Assembly: GCA_041500865.1 (NCBI GenBank)
Contig: JBGQMY010000024.1
Location: 1 to 15,479, forward strand
Length of the DNA: 15,479 bases
Source of the DNA: Candidatus Micrarchaeia archaeon
Lineage (GTDB): Archaea; Micrarchaeota; Micrarchaeia; Anstonellales; J096
Reading direction: 5' to 3'
This document shows positions 7,579 to 15,288 of this stretch, piece after piece. The notes beneath the pieces were generated by a model that ran no database searches, was not told the origin of the DNA, and worked only from the letters and a program-made list of their open reading frames with translations. The stretch's first letter is position 1, and every line of letters starts with the position of its first letter. The translations under genes and the position numbers were made by a program.

Positions 7579-8778
7579 ATGCACGCATCAAAAATGCAAA
7601 TTTCCGGCATGTGCGCCGCCATGCTGATTCTATTCGTGGCATGCATGCCCGTTGTTTCAGGCGCATCGGTTCCAGGCCCCACGCCCCCTTCATATGCCGT
7701 TTCGGCGTCTGCAGGCTACAGGCACACCTGCTACCTCCTCAGCAACGGCAACTCCCAATGCTACGGCTGGAACGAGTCTGGCCAGTCAACGCCCTACCTT
7801 GGGGGGAATGCCGTGGCCCTTGCAGCCGGGTATTTTGACACCTGCTATGTTTTAAGCAACGGCAACTCCGCCTGCTTCGGCCAAAACAAGTACGGCGAAG
7901 CCAATGATTACAACGGGGGCGACGCAGTGGCAGTTTCGGCAGGGGAGAAGCACGCCTGTTATCTGCTGAAGAGCGGCAACTCGTTCTGCAACGGCAACAA
8001 CAAATATGGCCAAACAACCAGCTACACGGGCGGCAACGCCATCGCGGTCTCTGCAGGCTATTCCCACACCTGCTACCTGCTCAGCAACGGCAACTCGTCC
8101 TGTTTCGGGCCCAACATGTTCGGGGAGGACAAGCCCTACGGCGGAGGGGACGCGATTGGGGTGGCTGCAGGCGACTATGCCACGTGCTACCTTCTGAAAA
8201 GCGGAAACGGGATATGCTTTGGGAGGAAGGACGACGACCAGGCGCATGCCTACTATGGCGGCGACGCAACAGCGTTCTCAATGGGCGGGTTCCATGTCTG
8301 CTATCTGCTGAGGAACGGCAGCTCCGTGTGCTATGGAAGGAACGAGTATTTCCAGTCAACCCCCTATACCGGAGCGGATGCAGTGGGCGTGGCTGCAGGC
8401 GACCTTCACACCTGTTACGTCCTGAAGAGCGGCAACTCGACATGCTATGGCAGCGATATGCTTAACCAAAGCACGAATTACACGCTTTCTGCCGGATTAA
8501 CCCAGCAGGCAAAGCCGAAGCCGAATGTCACTGTTTCAAACAATGCGTCAACCGCTGTGCACAAAAACGCCTCTGGCAACGGCACTGCAAAGGAAGCCAG
8601 CAAAGAGGCCACGCTGTTCGGAATCAGCATGACTGCGGCATTGGCGATACTGGTATTGGTGGCGTTGGCCGTGGTTGCAATCGTGCTGCTGATGCGAAAA
8701 AAAGGGAACACGGAAGCGCCGAAGGGGCAGCCTGAAGCAGAAAAAGGGGAAAATGAAGGGCCTGGCCAAAGCCCATAA
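7579..8778 (+). CDS. Membrane-anchored RCC1/BLIP-II-like beta-propeller surface protein
   Basis: Signal peptide, seven 38-aa repeats (vavsAGxxhtCYlLxxGnsxCfGxNxxgqxxxYxGgdA), a glycosylatable stalk, then TM ALAILVLVALAVVAIVLLM followed by RKK. Confidence 0.85.
   Translation: MHASKMQISGMCAAMLILFVACMPVVSGASVPGPTPPSYAVSASAGYRHTCYLLSNGNSQCYGWNESGQSTPYLGGNAVALAAGYFDTCYVLSNGNSACFGQNKYGEANDYNGGDAVAVSAGEKHACYLLKSGNSFCNGNNKYGQTTSYTGGNAIAVSAGYSHTCYLLSNGNSSCFGPNMFGEDKPYGGGDAIGVAAGDYATCYLLKSGNGICFGRKDDDQAHAYYGGDATAFSMGGFHVCYLLRNGSSVCYGRNEYFQSTPYTGADAVGVAAGDLHTCYVLKSGNSTCYGSDMLNQSTNYTLSAGLTQQAKPKPNVTVSNNASTAVHKNASGNGTAKEASKEATLFGISMTAALAILVLVALAVVAIVLLMRKKGNTEAPKGQPEAEKGENEGPGQSP
7699..8484 (+). repeat. 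Seven intragenic 114-bp tandem repeats
   Basis: agcaacggcaactcc occurs at 7741 and 7855 (114 apart); the period continues through the gene. Confidence 0.9.
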
Positions 8779-8891
8779 AACGGCAAAATGAGGGAAACTC
8801 AGCACTCAAAGCGGTCGTCATCAAATCGGCACATCTGGTGCTCATCATCGCTTCCGCACTGTTATGGATAATAAGGTTATAAAGAAGGGGC

Positions 8892-10973
8892 CTATTCCTT
8901 GCCTTCGTCCTGCTCAACGACTTCCTCGGCTTCAGTTTCCTTTTTCTCGTTCCTTTTTCTCCATTCTTCCCTTGACGGGCATGCGGGATTCAGGCATATG
9001 GTCAGCCAGCCCCTGTTGCCCTTCCTTATGTTTATCATGGGCACGCTGCACTGGCCGCACACCGTGCCTGCCGGCTTTATGGACACGCCCCTCGGAAGCG
9101 GATAGGACTGCCTGCATTTCGGGTAGTTCGTGCAGCCCACGAACTTGGAGCCCTTGAAGTTTATTATCTTCAGCTTTCCGCCGCACTTGCAGTCGCCGAG
9201 TATGCTGCCCTCGTTCTCCATCTTCTTCAGCGCGTCCACAAGGCTGCCGCCTATCTGGCTTTCCTTTGACTTGAACTCCTCAAGTATGCCAAGCACGTAG
9301 TCCTTGCCCTTTTTTATGACCTGCTCCTTGTTTTTCTTGCCGAACTGGATGTCCTCCATGTCGTCCTCCAGCTCCCTTGTCATCTGCTCGTCCACTATGT
9401 GCGGGGCGTTCTCCTTCAGCGCCTGGTAGACCGCAAGCCCGAAATGCGTGACCTCTATCGCGTTTGTCTCTTTCGCGAAATACTGCCTGTCAAACATGGT
9501 TGATATTATCACGGCCCTTGTCGCCTTTGTGCCAAGGTGCCTTGACTCCAGCTCCGAGACAAGCGACGCCTCGGTGTACCTCCTTGGCGGCTTTGTCATG
9601 TCGTTGTTTAGGTTTTTCTTCTCTATCTTCAGGCTTTCGCCTTTTGCGAAACCCGGCAGGATGACGTCCTTGCTCTTGAAGAATTTTCCGTACAGCGCTA
9701 TCCATCCCTTGTCTTTCAGGACCTTGCCGCTTGCGGAAAACTGCACGCCGTTGGAACCAGCTGAAACTTTCGTTATTTCCTCAAGCGCAGGCTCCCCGAA
9801 AACGGCTATGAACCTTGCGACAATCAGCTCAAACAGCCTCTTTTCGCTGTCCCCTATGCTGCCTGGCTCAATGCCTGTCGGGTATATCGCAGGGTGCGCC
9901 GCATCCTCCTTCTTGCCCTCGTTCGGCATGAAAAGGGACTTTTCAACGAGATGTTTTGCGCCGTCAGCATACCAGTCCCTGTGCTTTGCAAGGCTGCCTA
10001 TTATGCCCTTCAGCCCAAGCGCCGGGGGCAGCTTCTGCGAGCTTGTCCTTGGATATGATATCAGCGACGCCTCGTACAGCGACTGCGCAAGCTGGAGCGT
10101 CCTTGCCGGCGAGAATTTGAACTGCGCATACGCCTCAACCTGCAGGCTTGTGAGGTCAAACGGGAACGGCGGAGGCAGCTTTTTTGGCTCCTTCACGACC
10201 TCCGTTATGTCGGCCTTTTCGCCTATCCTTTTGAAAATCTCCTCTGCCTTGGGCTTGTCAAATATTTTTCCGCCTGTGTAATCAAATTCCGCGCCCTTCA
10301 GCATGATGGATATGGCCCAGAACGGCACCGGAACGAATTTCTCTATGTCCAGCTCCCTTTCGCTGCCTATCGCCAGCGTGGGGCCCTGCACCCTGCCGAT
10401 GCTCATTATGCGGAACATGCCCGTCTTCTTCAGCGCCCCCATCAGCGCCCTGCTGAGGTTGATTCCGTAATACCAGTCTATGATGTGCCTTGCCTCCCCG
10501 GCATAGGCGTTGTTTATGTCAAACGGCCCCCTTTTCTCGTACGCCTCCTTCAGCTCGTATGGGGTTAGCGTGGAGAACTTCATCCTTTCAAGGCCCTTCT
10601 CCTTGCCTATCAGGTATTTCGCGACGTTGTAGCCTATCAGCGTGCCCTCTATGTCGTAGTCGCACGCAATCACGACCTTGTCTGCGTCCTTTGCAAGGCC
10701 CTTTATCGTGTCCGCATACGCCTTCGTGTAGGCGCTGCCCTTTGACACAAGGTGGCTTTGCCGCCATTCTATGTCAAAGACGGGGTAGGCGAACGACTTC
10801 TTCTTTTCGGCAAGGGTGAATATGTGCCCTACAACGGAAACGACGCAGATGTCCTTTCCGTTGAAATTCACCTTGTAATAGTTTATCCTGCCCTGCCTCT
10901 TTGCCTCGACGCTGCCGAGCGCCTTTGCTATCTTGGCTGCGGCGTTCGGCTTCTCGGCTATGATGAGCTCCAT
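8892..10973 (-). CDS. topA: DNA topoisomerase I (type IA) with C-terminal zinc ribbons
   Basis: TOPRIM IIAEKP and ACDYDIEG, SIGRVQGPTL, active-site ISYPRT, LGTKATRA, and Cys motifs CKCGG..CTNYPKC and CGQC..CLNPAC. Confidence 0.97.
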   Translation of the reverse strand: MELIIAEKPNAAAKIAKALGSVEAKRQGRINYYKVNFNGKDICVVSVVGHIFTLAEKKKSFAYPVFDIEWRQSHLVSKGSAYTKAYADTIKGLAKDADKVVIACDYDIEGTLIGYNVAKYLIGKEKGLERMKFSTLTPYELKEAYEKRGPFDINNAYAGEARHIIDWYYGINLSRALMGALKKTGMFRIMSIGRVQGPTLAIGSERELDIEKFVPVPFWAISIMLKGAEFDYTGGKIFDKPKAEEIFKRIGEKADITEVVKEPKKLPPPFPFDLTSLQVEAYAQFKFSPARTLQLAQSLYEASLISYPRTSSQKLPPALGLKGIIGSLAKHRDWYADGAKHLVEKSLFMPNEGKKEDAAHPAIYPTGIEPGSIGDSEKRLFELIVARFIAVFGEPALEEITKVSAGSNGVQFSASGKVLKDKGWIALYGKFFKSKDVILPGFAKGESLKIEKKNLNNDMTKPPRRYTEASLVSELESRHLGTKATRAVIISTMFDRQYFAKETNAIEVTHFGLAVYQALKENAPHIVDEQMTRELEDDMEDIQFGKKNKEQVIKKGKDYVLGILEEFKSKESQIGGSLVDALKKMENEGSILGDCKCGGKLKIINFKGSKFVGCTNYPKCRQSYPLPRGVSIKPAGTVCGQCSVPMINIRKGNRGWLTICLNPACPSREEWRKRNEKKETEAEEVVEQDEGKE

Positions 10974-11029
10974 TGTATTCCGGTTGTTTCCGCAATGTTT
11001 TAAAAAGCTGCTTCTCGGCTATGATGAGC
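10949..11029. repeat. Exact 20-bp direct repeat flanking the topA promoter
   Basis: gcttctcggctatgatgagc occurs at 10949-10968 (inside topA, ELIIAEKP codons) and at 11010-11029 (upstream of TATA 10998-11006). Confidence 0.9.
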
Positions 11030-11042
11030 CCAATCCACAAGG

Positions 11043-11588
11043 CTATAAGCCGCTTGGCGGATGCGGGTTGCTGTGGCCTGTGTATTTCCCGCTTAGCTCG
11101 TCGTATCCCTTTTCCGCCTTTTCGTCAAGCCTGAAGAACGTCAGCTGCGCTATCTTTATGCCAGGCCTCAGTATGACGGGGTTCGGGTTGACTGAATACA
11201 TCTCCAGCGTTATCCTGCTTGGGTTGGTTATGCCCCATCCGGCGTGTATTATGCCGGCAGTGACGTGAACCATGATGCCCATCCTTCCTACAGAGCTCCT
11301 TCCCTCTATCTGGCACGAAAGGCTTTTTCCCACGCCGATTTTCTCCTGTATCGTGCCGAGTATGAACTGGTTGGGGTTGAGCATGAACCCTTTTTCGTCT
11401 ATGTCCCTCCTTTCCCAGAAATCGGCAGGGCTGTTGGAGTCAATTATGTCGGCGATGTTCTTTGCGACCATTATCTGGTTGCCTAGGCGTATGTCTATGC
11501 TGTCAGGGCCAATTAGCCTTTCATCAAACGGCTGAATTATTATTTCCCCCCTCTGTATGCACTCCTTTATCTGCTTTCCCGATAACAT
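11043..11588 (-). CDS. dcd: dCTP deaminase
   Basis: MLSGKQIK..., PDSIDIRLG, EGRSSVGRMG, VHVTAG, ITLEM, GIKIAQLTF, GKYTG. ATG 11588 is 30 nt from TATA TTTTTAAT (11618-11611). Confidence 0.92.
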   Translation of the reverse strand: MLSGKQIKECIQRGEIIIQPFDERLIGPDSIDIRLGNQIMVAKNIADIIDSNSPADFWERRDIDEKGFMLNPNQFILGTIQEKIGVGKSLSCQIEGRSSVGRMGIMVHVTAGIIHAGWGITNPSRITLEMYSVNPNPVILRPGIKIAQLTFFRLDEKAEKGYDELSGKYTGHSNPHPPSGL

Positions 11589-11658
11589 GGCTAATGCTTG
11601 AACATAAAGGATTAAAAAGTCACTCAAAGAGGGGGTTGAGCGTCAAGTCGTTTTTCGC

Positions 11659-11702
11659 TGAAGCCTTTTCCTAAAAGGCTTCAAGGGAACCTTGGTTCCC
11701 TT
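11659..11702. repeat. Two abutting perfect inverted repeats
   Basis: tgaagcctttt-cct-aaaaggcttca (11659-11683, 11-bp arms) and aagggaacc-tt-ggttccctt (11683-11702, 9-bp arms). Confidence 0.85.
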
Positions 11703-11744
11703 ACGGATTATAAAATTAGGCTTTGGCTTCAATTGCGGGCTTGT

Positions 11745-12413
11745 TCAGCCATGAAAACAGTCCCGCAGCTCCCTGAAGAACATCTTGCTGTTTTTGGCTC
11801 CGGGGATTAGGCTGAACATGCACCTGGTTTCATGCCTTGAAACAAATTCAGTCATGTCGTATGCGGATAACTTCCTTGCGCCATCTTTGAGAAATGGGTC
11901 AGCGCCGTATGAAAGCAGGACAAAAACGGTCATTATCGCATCCTTGATGCTCCTTGAGCCCAATGCGATTGAATCTATAAGCGCAGTCCGGCCGTTTCCG
12001 TCAAGCGCGTCAATCCTTGCGCCCCTTTCAAGAAGCATTTTGCATATAGTTGGGTTATGGCATTCTGCCGCCGCCATCAGGGGAGTCTTGCTGAACGCAC
12101 CATTATGTTCCAGGCCGGCCCCGTTCCCAAGAAAGAGCTCTATCATGGGCATATCCTCTAGCCGGATTGCGTTTATCAGCACGGTATTTCCGTTCTTGTC
12201 CCTTGTGTTGGGGTCGGCCCCCTGCTCCAGGCACAGCTTCATGTTTTCGATGTTTCCCCGATCCATAGCTTCCCTCAGCGCCTGCCTCAGCAGGGTTGCA
12301 TCCTGCTCCGTAATTTCCACTTTCAGGGCGACCCTGACTGTCAATGGCTTTCCGTCGCTGCCTGTTCCGTTTACGCTGTAATGCTGGGTCTTGAATATGC
12401 GCGGTATTTCCAT
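11745..12413 (-). CDS. Ankyrin-repeat protein
   Basis: LEQGADPNTRDKNGNTVLINA, TPLMAAAECHNPTICKMLLERGARIDALDGNGRTAL, LLSYGADP. Own TATA (12445-12438) ~31 nt before the ATG. Confidence 0.9.
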   Translation of the reverse strand: MEIPRIFKTQHYSVNGTGSDGKPLTVRVALKVEITEQDATLLRQALREAMDRGNIENMKLCLEQGADPNTRDKNGNTVLINAIRLEDMPMIELFLGNGAGLEHNGAFSKTPLMAAAECHNPTICKMLLERGARIDALDGNGRTALIDSIALGSRSIKDAIMTVFVLLSYGADPFLKDGARKLSAYDMTEFVSRHETRCMFSLIPGAKNSKMFFRELRDCFHG

Positions 12414-12446
12414 CGTTTCTTTTCATGTAGAAAAGAGTTTATAAGA

Positions 12447-12898
12447 TTAGGCATTGCCGGCGCATGCGCGGAGAAGTGTCTTGAACTCCCATGCGTTTTT
12501 CTCGCTTCCTTTTCGCTTCCGGCTATGTTCCTCATGCTGCTGCCCGTCCATTCAACGATTTTATACCATGTGTTCATGTCCGCGATTTTGAGCGCAGCCC
12601 TTATCTGTCTTGCGCCGTAATCAAGCAAAAGGACGCAAATGTCCGTATTCCCTTCTCCTGCGGCAATGGTTAGCGCACTCCTGCCGCGCTCGTCTGCCGC
12701 ATTGATATCCACCCCATCATTAAGCAGTTCTTTGATTTCTGCGCCACGCCCATTTTTTACTGCGCGCAAGAGATTGCGGTTGAGCGCCTCTTTTTCAAAT
12801 GCGGACAATGCCGGTTTTTCGCTTGGCAGCTTTTGTTTGTCTAAGCATGGCCGTTCAGCTGCTTTTTTTGCAAAGGCCTGCCTGCTTGCCTGATTCAT
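12447..12898 (-). pseudogene. Ankyrin-repeat gene with a 3' frameshift from an 11-bp tandem duplication (as sequenced, reads through to 12371)
   Basis: Ankyrin motifs LLNDGVDINAADERGRSALTIAAGEGNTDICVLLLDYGA. Near-duplicate ttctcgcttcc (12499-12509) / ttttcgcttcc (12510-12520). Removing one copy gives a 146-aa ORF ending GSEKNAWEFKTLLRACAGNA* at TAA 12449-12447. Confidence 0.7.
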
Positions 12899-12933
12899 GG
12901 CATTGTTTATGCAGCAAAGCAGTTAAAAATCGG

Positions 12934-14706
12934 TCATATCCGCTGCAAGCCGACCATGTCCAGTATGAAGCTCTTCTGCCTTCTCCTGGAATAGCTTATC
13001 TTCCTGGCTATGCCGCCCTCCACCATCCTGTGCGCAGTGGATATTATCTCGACAATGAGCACAAGGCTCAGCAGGACTGCCCCTATCTGCAGGATGCCGG
13101 TCATGGCAGACATGCTTACTGCGTCGAACAGGAACGGCACAAGCACAGACAGCAATATGAGCATGACTGCCCCGACGCCGGCGTATACTATCCGCTTGTC
13201 CATCTCGAAGTTCTTCCTGTCTATCCTGTAGAACGTTGACAGGAAGCCGTCCACGACGCGGTTCAGGGACTCTATTATCTTGAATATGAGCAGCGCGGAC
13301 ACCAGCACGTGGAGCATCACCCCCGCCGTTATGTCGCCCATGCCGGATATGGGCGCGTACGCAAGCAGCCCGACGTAACTTGAGAGCAGCGCTATGAGCC
13401 CGTTTGCGACTGCAAGCATGGCCGCGTATGCGACTATCCTCTTCATTCCGTCCATGAACAGCCCGTAGAACGCCCCCATCGGCTCGAACTCCCGCGTAAC
13501 GACCCCGAGGTACGTTGACACGCTCTTTATCCTGTTCTTGGTCCTGAACGGTATGCCGGACTCTATGCGCCTTGTTATGGCAGGCACCCTCTTCATCATG
13601 ATTGCCGAGACCAGCGCGCTGAGGAAGAGCGAAACGGTCATCAGCGTTATTATGTCAAACCCGACAAGGGCGCCCATCTTCCTGGCTATCATCAGCGAGA
13701 ACTCGCTTGCCGTCACCAGCGAAACGGCCGAGAAAACGGACGCCTGTATGTTGGAGCCGAAAAGGTAGCTGAAAAAGCCCACTGAAAGGAACTTCGCAAG
13801 GACGCTAACTACGAGAAACAGCGCTATGGCAGCCAGCATCATCGGCGTCAATGCCGAAAGGTCGACCATCATGCCTATGGACAGGAAGAAAAACGACGAA
13901 AAGAACAGCCCAAAAGGCAGCATGAGCTTCTCTATCCTGTCAAACTGCCTCATGGACGCCATCATGCTCCCTGCGAGGAATGCGCCTATTGAAGCTTCAA
14001 AGCCCAGCAGCGTCGCCATGAACACGAATATCGCACACACGGAAAGCGTAGTGAACAGCAGCACTTCCGTGTTCTGGAATGCCGCATACTCAAGCATGTG
14101 CTTCACCGCAAGCCGGAATATCGCGTAGAACAGCAGCAGCATCGCCATCGACTTCAGCAGCGTCACCATTATGCTTTCAAAATACATGGTGGAGTCGGCA
14201 GCCGCCACTGACGGCATGACCGCAAGGGCAATCACCGCTATTATGTCCTCAAGTATCAGCAGCGCGAACAGCAGCGGTATCTCGTTCTTGTAGTCCCTCT
14301 TGTAGTTCTCTGTCAGCTTTGAGAACAGCGTGGTGCTTGAGAACGAGAAAAGCAGGCCCACTATTATGCTCTGCGCCGGGGTGAAGCCGAACAGCGCGGC
14401 CAGCGCGTACATCACCAGGAAAACGAAGGACAGCTTGACTATGGCGAAAAGCAGCGCCCTCATGCCGAACCTCATTATCTTGCTCAAGCTGAATTCTATC
14501 CCTATTATGAATAATAGCAGGACCGCCCCTATGTCGGAGAACAGGTCAAGCGCGCTGCTCCTGTCCACCAGCCCGAAAAGGTGCGGGCCGATTAGCGCCC
14601 CTATCAGTATTACGCCTATCACAGGAGGCATCTTCAGCCTTATTGCTGAAAGAAGCCCTGCAAGGGCGAAGACGAATACTATGCCTAGTTGCATCAGGGT
14701 CTCCAT
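12934..14706 (-). CDS. CPA2-family cation:proton antiporter (Kef-like) with additional C-terminal TM helices
   Basis: IGALIGP, IGAVLLLFIIGIEFS, SFSST, LILEDI, IGAFLAG, FFLSIGM, ASEFS. About 4 extra hydrophobic segments; no recognisable RCK/KTN domain. Start 14706 (METLMQLG) preferred because ATG 14754 is too close to TATA 14777-14770. Confidence 0.9.
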   Translation of the reverse strand: METLMQLGIVFVFALAGLLSAIRLKMPPVIGVILIGALIGPHLFGLVDRSSALDLFSDIGAVLLLFIIGIEFSLSKIMRFGMRALLFAIVKLSFVFLVMYALAALFGFTPAQSIIVGLLFSFSSTTLFSKLTENYKRDYKNEIPLLFALLILEDIIAVIALAVMPSVAAADSTMYFESIMVTLLKSMAMLLLFYAIFRLAVKHMLEYAAFQNTEVLLFTTLSVCAIFVFMATLLGFEASIGAFLAGSMMASMRQFDRIEKLMLPFGLFFSSFFFLSIGMMVDLSALTPMMLAAIALFLVVSVLAKFLSVGFFSYLFGSNIQASVFSAVSLVTASEFSLMIARKMGALVGFDIITLMTVSLFLSALVSAIMMKRVPAITRRIESGIPFRTKNRIKSVSTYLGVVTREFEPMGAFYGLFMDGMKRIVAYAAMLAVANGLIALLSSYVGLLAYAPISGMGDITAGVMLHVLVSALLIFKIIESLNRVVDGFLSTFYRIDRKNFEMDKRIVYAGVGAVMLILLSVLVPFLFDAVSMSAMTGILQIGAVLLSLVLIVEIISTAHRMVEGGIARKISYSRRRQKSFILDMVGLQRI

Positions 14707-14998
14707 GGGGGGTCGCCTGCGTCGGGGTTGGTCGCATCTGTCGCTGTTTACCATTGGGACGGGGAAATGTTTTTAAAGCCGGCTGTGATTTTGCGTAAAC
14801 GGAAATGTAATCCAAAACCATGCAGTTATAGGCGGATTCCGAATTCCTTTTTAGGCGATTGTGGAAAAAACGGAGCAAAAACGAGCATTTTTAAGGCTTA
14901 ACAGCGTCAGATACACATGATTTCCGGGTTTGCACGTAAGTTTTTTGAGAATAAGAAATGCTGGTTTTGCGGCAAATACGGCCCATCAAGATTGGCTG

Positions 14999-15282
14999 AT
15001 GGGCGCGCTGAAGGCGGACGCCATAATCTCGCAGGCGGTGGCAATGCTGCCCTCGGCATCAAGGCCCCCAGCCATGATTGTATCAGCCTCAGCCGCCATT
15101 GCGGCGGCAGGCGTGGGCTGGTGTATGTTCAGAATCAGGAAACCATTGCCGAAGCCAAGGTGCTGAACCAGCCGTCTTATGGCAGGGGCGGACCGGCGTT
15201 GCGGAAGCGCAGGGCCAAGGAGACGCAGGGCATGCAGCCGTTTTCTGGTTGCCTATTCATTTTTATATTTGACTACCCATAG
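14999..15282 (+). pseudogene. Possible small membrane-protein gene or frameshifted remnant
   Basis: MGALKADAIISQAVAML...AAIAAAGVG (stop 15166) has host-like codons. One extra G at 15115-15117 would join it to ...GLVYVQNQETIAEAKVLNQ in the neighbouring frame. Confidence 0.25.
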
Positions 15283-15288
15283 GCCTCT

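Noticed and set aside
7699..8484. 114-bp periodic repeats as a CRISPR array or DGR VR/TR pair
   Set aside because: They are in-frame degenerate coding repeats without unique spacers. There are no cas or RT genes and no non-coding template copy in the window.
14707..14770. Fluoride riboswitch upstream of the CPA2 gene
   Set aside because: The GGnGAUGG...GCUGAUGAC consensus is not visible on the coding strand.
357..14776. Numerous long antisense or alternate-frame ORFs (e.g. 805-1329, 3101-3628, 9448-10281, 11785-12381, 14330-14776)
   Set aside because: They shadow well-supported genes on the opposite strand and have no motifs or promoters.
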